From the IMG/VR virus record IMGVR_UViG_3300042350_004528, positions 186,001 through 250,000 of that record: a DNA stretch of 64,000 nt; one strand, written 5' to 3'. Below the pieces are notes generated by a model. The model worked only from the letters and a program-made list of their open reading frames with translations. It searched no databases and was not told the origin of the DNA. This document shows, piece by piece, positions 44,589-54,835 of this stretch (the stretch's first letter is position 1; every line of letters begins with the position of its first letter). The position numbers and the translations under genes are program-made.

Positions 44589-45592
44589 ATATCGTAAGGT
44601 GTTGTACTGAATGTTATCTTCTCGATACTCAAACAGTTTGTGTTTATTATTTTTTCGATAAACATAATAAAATCAGAAACAATATCAAATGATTTTATTT
44701 GTTTGTTCAGGTATAGGTTGTAAACCCCAATTTCTTGAAGAACATCTGATTTATTGATTATTAAATCAGTCACACCGTTGATGTTAATTGCTTTGATCAT
44801 ATCGTCCAAGTCCAACCAATCAACTTGCCTCGGTCTACCAGTTGTTGCACCAAACTCATTACCAACTTCTCTTATCTTCACAAACAATGGGTCTGCACCT
44901 TCAAAGTTTTTGGCACCAACATATGTGCGATAAGCTTTTGCAACGCCGTACACTCTGTCAATTTTTTGTGCTGGTATTCCATTAAGGATGGCCCCACCAA
45001 TTGTGCAATGTGATGATGTAACATATGGGTAATCACCCCAATCAATATCCAACTCAAAACCCTGAGCCCCTTCGCAAAGTATACTACAACCGTCTTGCCC
45101 ATTAAATAATCCGTATGTATCAACAACCATGTCGGCTAACATAGGAACATCAACAGCTCTAAGACCTTTTCGATAATACTTATCTCGGTAAGCTGGGCCA
45201 TTCCCAGTTTTAGTCGTACCGATTTTACTATCCAAACTATCTTCGTGTAGATGTTGCTCGGTGATGATGTGAACACGTTTATCAATCAATAAGTTCTCAC
45301 GAACTTTAAATCCAGCTAATTCGAGTTCATCAATTTCTTGAATAAGTTTGTCTGGGTTGACCACACAACCAAGTCCAATAATTGATTTGATTCCATACAA
45401 TACACCAACTGGTATGAAATGTGTTACATATTTTTCACCATTGTGATATATCGTGTGACCAGCATTACCACCACCATTGTAGCGCATAACATAATCATAC
45501 TCATCTGGCTTCTTAGCCAGAGCGTGGGCAACCTTGCCCTTTCCAGTGTCACCCGCTTGCAGGTCAACAATTACATCAGCTTTGCGTATCAT
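44585..45592 (-). CDS. purA: Adenylosuccinate synthetase (short form, 335 aa)
   Basis: GDTGKGK, GGGNAGHT, GTTKTGNGPAY, EGAQG, YPYVTSS, EFGATTGRPR, NKSD. Confidence 0.92.
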   Translation of the reverse strand: MIRKADVIVDLQAGDTGKGKVAHALAKKPDEYDYVMRYNGGGNAGHTIYHNGEKYVTHFIPVGVLYGIKSIIGLGCVVNPDKLIQEIDELELAGFKVRENLLIDKRVHIITEQHLHEDSLDSKIGTTKTGNGPAYRDKYYRKGLRAVDVPMLADMVVDTYGLFNGQDGCSILCEGAQGFELDIDWGDYPYVTSSHCTIGGAILNGIPAQKIDRVYGVAKAYRTYVGAKNFEGADPLFVKIREVGNEFGATTGRPRQVDWLDLDDMIKAININGVTDLIINKSDVLQEIGVYNLYLNKQIKSFDIVSDFIMFIEKIINTNCLSIEKITFSTTPYDI

Positions 45593-46047
45593 AGTGCGTG
45601 GTTTTCCCAATAACCGTTAGGGTAATCAATATTAACATAAAGCATATAAGTTGTGTAACCTTTGCGCTCATCTTTTTTATAGTGATTCCAGGTAGCATCT
45701 TCATCCATAAATGGTCGCAAACCAATAGCTTTGAATTTCTCAACAAACCACTTACAAAGTTCATGGTGAATGACCATATCTTTTGTCTCGAGTTCAAAAC
45801 GAACACAAACCCATGGTGTTGTCATATAACCATCGGATCCCCCACCATAACTCAAAAGTTCTGGATATAAAACGATACCGATTTTTGGTTTCCATTCGTC
45901 ATTTTTAGAGTCTGGGTTAATCAAAAAAGGTGTTTTAACTTCCAAGTAATGTTCATCAACCTGTTTAAAATTTGGGTCGTGTAATTGTAATCGATCAATA
46001 ATTTGGTCGATTTCTTTGTCGATTTGTTCTCTTATATTTACTAACAT
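45589..46047 (-). CDS. Hypothetical protein
   Basis: Start corrected to MLVNI. Confidence 0.75.
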   Translation of the reverse strand: MLVNIREQIDKEIDQIIDRLQLHDPNFKQVDEHYLEVKTPFLINPDSKNDEWKPKIGIVLYPELLSYGGGSDGYMTTPWVCVRFELETKDMVIHHELCKWFVEKFKAIGLRPFMDEDATWNHYKKDERKGYTTYMLYVNIDYPNGYWENHAL

Positions 46048-46099
46048 AATTTTATTTAAAATAGGATTGGGTTGTTTCCAACCCAATCCATTGTTTTAA

Positions 46100-47962
46100 T
46101 TATTTTACCTCGGTTACAGTACCCTGTTCAGATTCTTTTTTCTCTTGGATTTGCTTTAACAATTCCATTCCAAGTAAGCCATTGATTGGGCTACTATCAC
46201 CACTACCTGTGATAAGAATCTCAGGGATGATTTTGATACCATTTGTACCAATCATTTCGGTAACTTTAAGTTTACCAAAGTTTTCAACACCCATAGCTTT
46301 AACTTGCTTTTCGTAAGCCTCAGCAGTTGATTTACCAATCGCGGAAATCTTAGATGCTTCAGCATCACCAGTCAATTTAATCTGCGTAGCATCAGCTTCA
46401 GCGTTCAATTTCTTAGCTTCAGCTTGAGCGGCAGCTTTTAATTTCAAGGCTTGTGCTTCACCCTCAGATTTCTTAACAGCGGCCTCAGCTTCACGTTGAG
46501 AAATCTCAACCGATTGTTGTGCTGACACCATTTGTCCTTGCATATCGGCAAGTGCTTTAGCCGATTCAAGCGTCTTACGTTTATCTTGAGCTTTGCGTTG
46601 AGTGTCAAATGTTACCTCTTCTTCTTGTGCAATCTTACGGTCAGTAAGAGTTTTCATCAGAGAGTCTGGTGGTGTGATGTCACCAATAAGCGTATCAACC
46701 GCATGCACGTTGTATTCTTCAAGAACCGTGCTGATCTTATCTTTAGCAGCATTCTGTCTTTGTTGACGAGTTGATAAGAACGCAATCACATCAGAATCTT
46801 GTGCCGAGTTACGGAAATAGTTACCGATGGTTGGTTCAAGAACTTGTGACACAAGGTTCTGCATTGAGCCGAAACGAGCAATTACTTTAGGCGCTTCGGT
46901 TGATGGGATGTGGATAATCTGTGAAACATCCAAATTGAATGGGAAACCGTCTTGTGAACGTACTGTGATGGTACTCAAGTTCTTATCAAGATTGTGTGAT
47001 TCATTACGAGCATTTGCCCAGTTAAGAACCAAGTTTGTTGTTGGTACTATCTCAATCTTCTGTGTATAAGGATTGATTGCGTATTTACCTGGATCCAATG
47101 GGGTTGCCCACACACCTTTCTGACCTTTTTTAACGATGTTACCGTGTTTAAAATCACTTCCAGTGGTGTCTTCACCATCTTCACCAACATAAGAGATAAC
47201 AACACCAACATGACCGATAGGAATGGATGTCATTTCTTTCTTCTCAACTTCGATTGCCCATGGGTTCAATGAATAAGAACCAGCTTGAATAACTTGGATT
47301 TGTAAACCCCTTTGTCCACCATTAGCCAAAAACTTATCAAAGTCTTGGAAATTATTGTGACCGCTAACCACAGAACCAGCGATTGAACCAATCTCAAGTG
47401 GTGTACCATCAAGTGCTGTAACAACGCCAACCATACCATCTTCAATGTATGTGATGTCAGCGAGGAATATCTCGAATAAATGGGTATTAACACGATACAC
47501 ACCGTTGTTTAAATAACCAACTTGTTTACCACGTTGTCCACCTGTTGATAAAAACGCTCTAGCATCTTGGTAATCATCACAATCAACGTGTCGAGCCAAG
47601 ATAGCACCCTTTGGTAACTGTGCGCCATCTTTAGCTGATAACAAGCCGATCTTACCTTTAGGTATTGTTGTTAAAGGGGCTTGTTCGATTTCGAATTGCC
47701 ATATCCAGTAAGCCCAATATAAACCTGGGGCTAATGTGTCGGCCTGAAAGCCTGGTTCATTGTTTAAGGCGATAATCTTACCATCGGGTAATTGTTTATT
47801 GGGGCCAAAAAGTACAAATTTTTTGGTCACCAAACCAATTTTGTCTTCAGGTATGATAACCATACCAAAGAACACTCGTAGTACGAACTTGTAGAATACT
47901 ACCATGAGGATCGGGATTAAAACCCATGCGTAACCCAATACGCTAGTTAATTGTTCTGTCAT
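46100..47962 (-). CDS. SPFH/band-7 flotillin-like membrane protein, 620 aa
   Basis: N-terminal TM, repeated GQRG..PG.Y units, VRSQDGF SPFH core, Ala/Glu coiled coil. Confidence 0.9.
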   Translation of the reverse strand: MTEQLTSVLGYAWVLIPILMVVFYKFVLRVFFGMVIIPEDKIGLVTKKFVLFGPNKQLPDGKIIALNNEPGFQADTLAPGLYWAYWIWQFEIEQAPLTTIPKGKIGLLSAKDGAQLPKGAILARHVDCDDYQDARAFLSTGGQRGKQVGYLNNGVYRVNTHLFEIFLADITYIEDGMVGVVTALDGTPLEIGSIAGSVVSGHNNFQDFDKFLANGGQRGLQIQVIQAGSYSLNPWAIEVEKKEMTSIPIGHVGVVISYVGEDGEDTTGSDFKHGNIVKKGQKGVWATPLDPGKYAINPYTQKIEIVPTTNLVLNWANARNESHNLDKNLSTITVRSQDGFPFNLDVSQIIHIPSTEAPKVIARFGSMQNLVSQVLEPTIGNYFRNSAQDSDVIAFLSTRQQRQNAAKDKISTVLEEYNVHAVDTLIGDITPPDSLMKTLTDRKIAQEEEVTFDTQRKAQDKRKTLESAKALADMQGQMVSAQQSVEISQREAEAAVKKSEGEAQALKLKAAAQAEAKKLNAEADATQIKLTGDAEASKISAIGKSTAEAYEKQVKAMGVENFGKLKVTEMIGTNGIKIIPEILITGSGDSSPINGLLGMELLKQIQEKKESEQGTVTEVK

Positions 47963-48031
47963 TTTTTTATTTTTTTAAATGTTGTACAAAGGTAAGTTAA
48001 AATTTTTAAATCACCAAATTTTTTTATAAAA

Positions 48032-48286
48032 TTATTTAATGGTTTTGTTGAGTGAATCAATCATATGCATCGCATCATTCCAAGTAACTTCTTTTGAAAG
48101 CTGGATTGTGTAATCAGCGGCATTTTCAACATTTACGTTGATGGCTGGTACTCCGTGTGAGTACCTACCATCAAGTTCGTATGCTACAACTTTTTTTGGT
48201 GATAGAATAAAATAAATCCCAACCGATAGGACTGATGCTACAACTAGCATCAAAAAGTATAACCAAGATTTTTCCATTGTGCTCAT
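48032..48286 (-). CDS. Membrane-anchored hypothetical protein
   Basis: N-terminal TM. Confidence 0.72.
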   Translation of the reverse strand: MSTMEKSWLYFLMLVVASVLSVGIYFILSPKKVVAYELDGRYSHGVPAINVNVENAADYTIQLSKEVTWNDAMHMIDSLNKTIK

Positions 48287-48287
48287 C

Positions 48288-49817
48288 TTATAATTTATTT
48301 AAACGTTCACGAATTTCAGTTAATGTTGTTTGGTTGTGGAACTTACCATCTTCATAAATGGTTTGTAAGATTCCAGTTCCCTCTTGCTCCCAAGTACATT
48401 GAGTTAATACCTCATGGTCTTCAGTTACACAGATCAAACCTTTCAAAGATTTCTTGGTACCATCATCAGTTACTGGATCTTTGTAGATGTTGTAACCAAC
48501 CTTTCCTTTTGGAATTAAAGCACTTCCCAAAAGTCCATCGGCTGAAGGTATAGTATCAAACTCCTCAACTTCAAACCAAGCACCTTTGGCTGCGAAACCT
48601 AAAGTGTCACGGGTATTCATTTGGTAAGTAAATGAACCAACACCCAATACAATGTTTGTTGCCGCAAATCCTTTTGCTTCCAATCTCTTGTAGATTTCAA
48701 TTTGACGGTCTAATGTGATTGAATCTCCGTAGATTGCTCCGATGTGTGGGTCAAGAACCTTGTAACCTTGTTCATTGATTGTTCCACCAAAGATGTCCCA
48801 AAGTAATTCTATTACCCCGACTTCAGCAGGTGTTTTATACTCACCAGGCGCATCGGATAATTGTTCTTCTCTACCACAAATAATATCAACTGGATCACCA
48901 GAGTCAGGACGAATTACTAACTTACCGTCACGAGCCATGATAGCTTCTTTGTTTGCTGGTAAGTATTCAGTAATCAACTTCCACAAATCAAATGTGTCAG
49001 ATACAATTGATAGGATTCCATTCGGAAAATCTACCAACCAATCGGCAATCATTTGTTGTTCACCAACAGTAAAGATTTTTGTTGTTGATACAGAGTGTTC
49101 AGATGCGTTAACCGAGTTAATGCACACTTCGTCTTTTGGTTCATTATAGAAATAACGAGCCCCTGGAATACAGATGATTGTATCTGAACCACGGAACGAT
49201 GTTGCATGTCCCATTCCACTAGTCAACATATCCCATGGTGATAAACCACGTGCTGAAAAGTCATGACACATAAAAGGAATTAACCAAGCTGTTGATGGGT
49301 CGGTTTTCATAACCCACTCAACAACATTACGTTTGTATTGCAATGCTATTGTTGCTGATGTGGATGGTTTCCAAGCCAACGAACTGATAATTGTTTCCAA
49401 ATACAATGTCAACCACGCAAACCCATCGACAGTATTGATGAAAGTCATGTGTGGAACATTTGGGTTTGTTTCAATACCTTCAGGTAGTGCTTTAACACGA
49501 ATAGGTAAGTAACCTAATCTGTGTAGTGCAACGAAGTGTGATGCATCGTAATCCATTCCAAGATACAATGACATATCTTTTCCAAAGTTAACCGCAACTT
49601 CCTCGGGTAAACTGAAAAAGTTCTCTTGAAATTCATCATGTAACCATTTAACAACCAATTGTTGTCCGAATGAAACGATTTTTGACACGCCTTTAGGTGC
49701 ATACTTAACACTACGTGGAATCCATGTGCCGTACAAACGGGTGGTTCCAGGAGCTAACATTTTCTTGTGACCGATCTTATATCCGTCAGTGTAAAATAAA
49801 CTTGTTGGTTTGAACAT
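48288..49817 (-). CDS. Nicotinamide phosphoribosyltransferase-like (NadV/Nampt; probable Namat)
   Basis: TDGYKIGH, HDFSARG, ASEHSV, SIVSDTFD, VIRPDSGDP, IYGDSIT, KKSLKG. Confidence 0.92.
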   Translation of the reverse strand: MFKPTSLFYTDGYKIGHKKMLAPGTTRLYGTWIPRSVKYAPKGVSKIVSFGQQLVVKWLHDEFQENFFSLPEEVAVNFGKDMSLYLGMDYDASHFVALHRLGYLPIRVKALPEGIETNPNVPHMTFINTVDGFAWLTLYLETIISSLAWKPSTSATIALQYKRNVVEWVMKTDPSTAWLIPFMCHDFSARGLSPWDMLTSGMGHATSFRGSDTIICIPGARYFYNEPKDEVCINSVNASEHSVSTTKIFTVGEQQMIADWLVDFPNGILSIVSDTFDLWKLITEYLPANKEAIMARDGKLVIRPDSGDPVDIICGREEQLSDAPGEYKTPAEVGVIELLWDIFGGTINEQGYKVLDPHIGAIYGDSITLDRQIEIYKRLEAKGFAATNIVLGVGSFTYQMNTRDTLGFAAKGAWFEVEEFDTIPSADGLLGSALIPKGKVGYNIYKDPVTDDGTKKSLKGLICVTEDHEVLTQCTWEQEGTGILQTIYEDGKFHNQTTLTEIRERLNKL

Positions 49818-49836
49818 AATAATTATTATTTTGGGG

Positions 49837-50808
49837 TTAAAATACGTTTAATTGTTTAACTAATGAGTGAATTGTTTTGTGCCTTGAAAGCGTGTCAACG
49901 ATAGTTCCGTCTTGAACATCCTTCACACTATTTGTTGTGTAGATACCATCAAAATATTCACTTAGGAAATCAAACCCAGCGCTGAAGATGCCATGAGTAA
50001 CTATCAAATAGTTTTTACCGTGGTGTTTTGGGTGAACAGTACTTGATATTTTTCTGGCATCATTGACAGCTTTAGCGATTTCAATGAATGTTCTACCACC
50101 ATCGCAGATGTCATCAATAATGAAAATATCTTTGTCGGCATCGTTTACTGAAATTGGTACGTTAGTGTAATCAATCTTACCAGTTTCAATATTACGATGT
50201 TTTGATGCGATGATAACTTCATGTCTATATTTGAGTTGTTCAGCACAATGAAACACTTTTTTCAAAGCACCAGCATCGGGTGATACTAAACGTACACCAT
50301 CGAAATTCATGGAGTCCCAAATTTCAAATCCTTTTGATAAAAAGTAATCTTTAAATGCGAAATAAAGTAAAACGGTATTGTCCCGTTTCTCAAAGTTATT
50401 GATGCATGCCTCAAGAACATCTGAGTGTGGGTCAAGGACTGTTACCTTTTCGTAACCCTGTGAGTTAATGATTGGTGCGATTACGTTCTTAACATAATTG
50501 ATACCACCTTCCGTAAACTTACGGTCGCTTCTAGCACCCATACAATAAGGAATGTAAAGACGAATACGATTAACACCAACCTCTTTTAACGCTTGTGTTG
50601 CACAGATAATAATTTCCAAATCCTGGAATGTATTTAAACGAGATTTGATTGTTATACCTTGCGAATTATCTTTAAGTGAACAAAAGGTATTGTATCCATT
50701 TTCAACCAATCTCAATGATTGTTGTCCATCGGGAAAACGACTAATCTCATATTTGAATGATAGCTTATCGTTATCGTTATGGTTAACTAAATTTAAAAGT
50801 TCCGCCAT
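49837..50808 (-). CDS. Ribose-phosphate pyrophosphokinase-like (probable Adps)
   Basis: FPDGQ, PYCMGARSDR, DPHS, SPDAGA, IDDICDGGRTF, VTHGIFS. Confidence 0.9.
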   Translation of the reverse strand: MAELLNLVNHNDNDKLSFKYEISRFPDGQQSLRLVENGYNTFCSLKDNSQGITIKSRLNTFQDLEIIICATQALKEVGVNRIRLYIPYCMGARSDRKFTEGGINYVKNVIAPIINSQGYEKVTVLDPHSDVLEACINNFEKRDNTVLLYFAFKDYFLSKGFEIWDSMNFDGVRLVSPDAGALKKVFHCAEQLKYRHEVIIASKHRNIETGKIDYTNVPISVNDADKDIFIIDDICDGGRTFIEIAKAVNDARKISSTVHPKHHGKNYLIVTHGIFSAGFDFLSEYFDGIYTTNSVKDVQDGTIVDTLSRHKTIHSLVKQLNVF

Positions 50809-50865
50809 TTTTTTATTTTCTTTAAATGTTGTACAAAGATAAGTTAAAATTTTTAAACCACCAAA

Positions 50866-51375
50866 TTATTTAATTTTTCCAATGATATCCAACATTCTTT
50901 CGAGTTGTGGATTCTTGTGGGCTGTGGACTCATTTAAATTTGAAGTGCCCTTGGAGATGTTAACTGGTGCTATGTTCGCACCGCTACTGAGTAAGTCTTG
51001 TAATTCACTATCCGATAATTTTTCAGCATCTATTTCTACAAATGTACGTGGGTCATACCTTCTACCACGAAAAGATATTGGTCTATCGTAAGACTGTTGA
51101 TATGCTGTACTTGCGAATGGCATCATGGACGTCCCATTATTACCAATAGTTTCAGATCTAACCATGGTTGTTGCCCCAGTTAAAATATCACCACTAGTGC
51201 CAGTTTTTTTACTTATGAACTCCTGTGACGCAGCGCTAGTTTGCTTTGGGTTATTGTTCTTTATTTTTATCGCAGATACAGTTTCGTGATTTATAGTTGC
51301 ACTCGAACTCTTGGGTTCGCCAGTTTGATTTATCAACTTGATAAATTTTGCAAGTAATCTAAAAAGAATATTCAT
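50866..51375 (-). CDS. Hypothetical protein, 169 aa
   Basis: ORF track. Confidence 0.72.
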   Translation of the reverse strand: MNILFRLLAKFIKLINQTGEPKSSSATINHETVSAIKIKNNNPKQTSAASQEFISKKTGTSGDILTGATTMVRSETIGNNGTSMMPFASTAYQQSYDRPISFRGRRYDPRTFVEIDAEKLSDSELQDLLSSGANIAPVNISKGTSNLNESTAHKNPQLERMLDIIGKIK

Positions 51376-51495
51376 TTAATCTCTATCAAAAAATGTTGTA
51401 AATACCGATAAAATAAAAATACAAACGACAATACCAATAACTATTATCGCTGTGACTTGAGCTGCTGGGTGTAAACTTTCCATATTATTAATTTT

Positions 51496-52050
51496 TTAAT
51501 TATCAAACCAAACTATCATTCTAGAAACATAACCATTTTCCTCAAAGGTTTTCATGGCCGATAGCAAAACCACATACTCAATAGGTGCACCAAAATCATA
51601 CTCAGATGATGAGCAATATTTAGTGTAGCGATTGATTGCGGTTTCAAATTCTTTTGTGGTTAACCAAGTGTGTGAGTGCCAATCAGGATGTTCGACCCAA
51701 CAAGGTTTATCATTTCTGTCCTTGATTATTTTAAGACGACCACTCTCAGCCCATCTCATCGCAGTTTCTAATGTAACGCTATTCTCAGATGGCGAATCAC
51801 TTATGTAACAAACAGAATCGTTCCTCGAATAGTAACCAAGTTCCTCAAATGGTGGTAATCCTTTAGGTAATAATCCATTTTTATGATTGGATCTAACACC
51901 CTGTGAGATAAAGCCAAACATATCATAGTTTCTACCTGGATTAATGGCACCAGCAAAATCACGCCAATATGCTGGTTTACCAGTTTTTTTAGCTTCTTTT
52001 AATTCTTCTTTTGTGGTGTACTCAAGGTACATATGAATATCACATCCCAT
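51496..52050 (-). CDS. Phage hypothetical protein
   Basis: MGCDIH..RNY..HSHTWLT..WFDN. Confidence 0.87.
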   Translation of the reverse strand: MGCDIHMYLEYTTKEELKEAKKTGKPAYWRDFAGAINPGRNYDMFGFISQGVRSNHKNGLLPKGLPPFEELGYYSRNDSVCYISDSPSENSVTLETAMRWAESGRLKIIKDRNDKPCWVEHPDWHSHTWLTTKEFETAINRYTKYCSSSEYDFGAPIEYVVLLSAMKTFEENGYVSRMIVWFDN

Positions 52051-52065
52051 ATTATTTTCTATTAG

Positions 52066-52139
52066 TGGGCCCTGCTGGGTTCGAACCAGCGACCACCTGA
52101 TTATGAGTCAGACGCTCTAACCGACTGAGCTAAGGGCCC
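52066..52139 (-). tRNA. tRNA-Ile2 (CAT anticodon, lysidine type), CCA not encoded
   Basis: Cloverleaf GGGCCCT..TAGCTCAG..GACTCATAATC..GGTTCGAA..AGGGCCCA; resembles ileX-type rather than Met tRNAs. Confidence 0.88.
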
Positions 52140-52169
52140 TAATTTTATACAAAGATAGTAATTAATTTT

Positions 52170-52673
52170 TTATTTTCCAAATCCAGTATCGGTAAAAAAT
52201 CTGAGCGTCTCGGCCATAAATGTATTTGTATCAAAATTTGGGTCGAATGTTAAATTATCATCCACAATAATATTATCATCCTCATCAACTTTATATTGGT
52301 ACATTTCAAAACTGTTTGGGGTAGTTTTTATAGGATCAACTTTAATAATATCACCCTCAAATTGAACCCCACATAGTTCACAAAAATGTACAACTTTATA
52401 ACTATTCGTATCAGGCATTGGGATTAGAATGTCTTTATGTGTTAAACTCATCGCCTTTGAACCATCTTCATTTGTGTGATTGCAACTCAATTTTATCTCA
52501 TAAATTTGTTTTTCATACGAAGTTATGTGATTATTTTTCGATTCGATTAAAATATCAACTTTTTTCTTGAGCTCTCGTTCAATGGAGTTTAGATCTCGAG
52601 TAACCTTTTCTTTATTAATCTCAAGTTCGATTATTTTTTTACGGCCCTCTATAAACGGATTCTTTGATTCCAT
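52170..52673 (-). CDS. Hypothetical protein, 167 aa
   Basis: Coiled coil, CNH..CELC. Confidence 0.78.
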   Translation of the reverse strand: MESKNPFIEGRKKIIELEINKEKVTRDLNSIERELKKKVDILIESKNNHITSYEKQIYEIKLSCNHTNEDGSKAMSLTHKDILIPMPDTNSYKVVHFCELCGVQFEGDIIKVDPIKTTPNSFEMYQYKVDEDDNIIVDDNLTFDPNFDTNTFMAETLRFFTDTGFGK

Positions 52674-52678
52674 AAAGA

Positions 52679-53113
52679 TTAACCATTTGTATTTTTTAAT
52701 TCTAATTCATAATATTTTACCATCAGAGATGCGCTGGCATAATTGGTGGCAAGTGGTATGTTATGTACATTACATATCCTCAAAAGCATGCTCACATCCA
52801 CCTGATGTGGGTGGGCTTCAAGTGGGTCGATGAAAAAAACAACACCGTCAATTTTACCGTTAACAATCATAGATGCTATCTCCGCATCACCACCGTAAGG
52901 CCCAGAGTTTAACTTGGTTACATTCGTCAAACCAGCGTGTTCAACGTGTTTACCTGTGGTTCCAGTAGCATATATGTTTACGTTGTTTTTAAAGAAATCG
53001 AGACGTTTCATAATGAATGAGACCATATCCGCTTTCTTACCATCATGTGCGATAATAGCAACATTAAGTTTTTTCCGATTCTCTTTGTCAGCTAAAAATT
53101 TATTCAACAACAT
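52679..53113 (-). CDS. mgsA: Methylglyoxal synthase
   Basis: IAHDGKK, ATGTTG, SGPYGGD, FFIDP..HPHQVD, IPLATN. Confidence 0.94.
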   Translation of the reverse strand: MLLNKFLADKENRKKLNVAIIAHDGKKADMVSFIMKRLDFFKNNVNIYATGTTGKHVEHAGLTNVTKLNSGPYGGDAEIASMIVNGKIDGVVFFIDPLEAHPHQVDVSMLLRICNVHNIPLATNYASASLMVKYYELELKNTNG

Positions 53114-53115
53114 AA

Positions 53116-53637
53116 TTAAAATTTAATTCTAAGACCCATTTTTTGCATAGCCAATAATGCCTCGGCGTTACCCATAGCATCATCAACGGGATTGTGAGTA
53201 TGTTTTGTTTTTCTATACAAACGTTTCCACTCCTGGTTCTTACTAGCATCCTTAACCAAACCACAATACAAATCACCGATACGTCTGCCAGAAAACCCGA
53301 ATGGGTTTCTACCGCAGTACTTATGCATGTACCAGTTAATCCACTGCCAATCAAAGGCTAAGTTATCGCTGATAAAGGTTGGTTTACCTTCGGAATTTTT
53401 AACTAACCATTTTTCGAACTCGCTCATAACCTCATATGGTTCCCCAAACTGTTCATGCTCAGACCTTGAAAACCCACTGACAGCTAACGCATCTGGTTTG
53501 TATTGATCAGTTAATGGTCTGATCTTACCATAAAACGTTTTTGATGTGTCGGACACTTTAACAACACCGAAACATACAATTGAATGTGTACCAACTAATT
53601 CACCATCAGCCTCAACATCCACTACAAAATAACTCAT
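53116..53637 (-). CDS. DEDDh 3'-5' exonuclease
   Basis: VDVEADG, FD, HNPVDDA. Confidence 0.85.
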   Translation of the reverse strand: MSYFVVDVEADGELVGTHSIVCFGVVKVSDTSKTFYGKIRPLTDQYKPDALAVSGFSRSEHEQFGEPYEVMSEFEKWLVKNSEGKPTFISDNLAFDWQWINWYMHKYCGRNPFGFSGRRIGDLYCGLVKDASKNQEWKRLYRKTKHTHNPVDDAMGNAEALLAMQKMGLRIKF

Positions 53638-54068
53638 ATCTTTACTAATTTTTTAATTTCTCTGTCAATATCGCGCTTTTTAATTGTCTCGCGTTTATCG
53701 TAATTCTTTTTACCCCTAGCAATAGCGATTCTACATTTTATCTTACCAGAACCATTCAAGTAAAACCAAAACGGAACGATTGTTAAACCTTTTGTCAAAC
53801 TGTTCTGAATCTTTCGGATTTCTGTTCTGTGTAAAAGTAATTTTTTATCACGATTCTCATCATGACCAAAAAATTCGCTATTTGTGGTTATTTTAAAATT
53901 TTTGATGAACATTTCGTCATCCTTGATATAGCAAAACGCATCAACTATGCTAATTTTACCATCCTTAATTGCTTTAACTTCAGAGCCAAAAAGAATAATA
54001 CCAGCCTCATACTCTTGAAGGTATTCATAATCAAATTTTGCTTTTCTATTTGTAACTAAAGTTTTCAC
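53634..54068 (-). CDS. smpB: SsrA-binding protein SmpB
   Basis: NRKAKFDY, EAGI.L.GSEVK, KLLLH, ARGKK.YDKRE. Confidence 0.94.
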   Translation of the reverse strand: MKTLVTNRKAKFDYEYLQEYEAGIILFGSEVKAIKDGKISIVDAFCYIKDDEMFIKNFKITTNSEFFGHDENRDKKLLLHRTEIRKIQNSLTKGLTIVPFWFYLNGSGKIKCRIAIARGKKNYDKRETIKKRDIDREIKKLVKI

Positions 54069-54154
54069 AATACAAATATAGTAAATGATTTGAATAAAAA
54101 CAAAAAAACCCCGTAATTTTTTACGGGGTTTAGTTTATTCGATGATACGCTCGA

Positions 54155-54790
54155 TTAAAAGTAAGTTTGTTCGAAATACAATACTTCAAATTTGTTCTCT
54201 TCGTTAATTAATTCAATTGCATTAATTAAATCATTATATTCAACGACAGATTCTTTTTGACCAGTTCTATAAGTTTGTAAGAAATCAAATGTAGTTAAGT
54301 CATTCCCGAATAGTTTTGAAGATGTTGTGTTGTACTTCATCATCAAACCTAACTCTAACTTATAAGCTTCTCTAACTATCTCACATAATCCAGAGAAAGT
54401 TCTCTTAGTATCAACTGATGGTATAGTTGGGATAATATTAAATCCAACCATATACTCTTGTAACCCTTTAGCGTGTACTAATTCGGTATCAGCCTCAGCG
54501 TCAAAGAAAGCGCCAGCTTTTTTATAGTTTCTATCGTGACACCAGTTAGCGGCGTTTCTATAAAAATAATGGGCTTCATATTCATCGGCAATTCTACTAG
54601 TCAATTCAGCGACAGTTTCGCCAGGTAAGTTATACAACATTTGGCCCTCATCTTCCATCGGTTCAACGGAAACAGCAACGGGGGTGACATCTTCAGCATC
54701 TGGTGTCATTGTAACCTCAGCCTCAGGTAATTTATTATCCCTTGCAATGTTCATAATCTTACTTTTCATTTCTTCTTTTGTAACATTCAT
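54155..54790 (-). CDS. Ferritin-like protein
   Basis: E..AHYFY, E..HA, EAYKLE, TFDFLQ. Confidence 0.8.
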   Translation of the reverse strand: MNVTKEEMKSKIMNIARDNKLPEAEVTMTPDAEDVTPVAVSVEPMEDEGQMLYNLPGETVAELTSRIADEYEAHYFYRNAANWCHDRNYKKAGAFFDAEADTELVHAKGLQEYMVGFNIIPTIPSVDTKRTFSGLCEIVREAYKLELGLMMKYNTTSSKLFGNDLTTFDFLQTYRTGQKESVVEYNDLINAIELINEENKFEVLYFEQTYF

Positions 54791-54835
54791 GATTAAATCT
54801 TTTACATAAATAGTTTGATTTTATAATAAATCCCC

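Noticed and set aside
44585-45592. PurZ (2-aminoadenine DNA pathway)
   Set aside because: Although the P-loop reads GDTGKG, the catalytic Asp is kept (PurZ has Ser), and GATTGRPR and NKSD are PurA-type. No datZ or mazZ was seen.
52066-52139. tRNA-Met or fMet call
   Set aside because: Paired G1-C72, no GGG/CCC anticodon stem, and an ileX-like sequence favour Ile2; elongator Met is not fully excluded.
53634-54154. tmRNA next to smpB
   Set aside because: The flanks hold only a promoter and terminator, with no tRNA-Ala-like ends.
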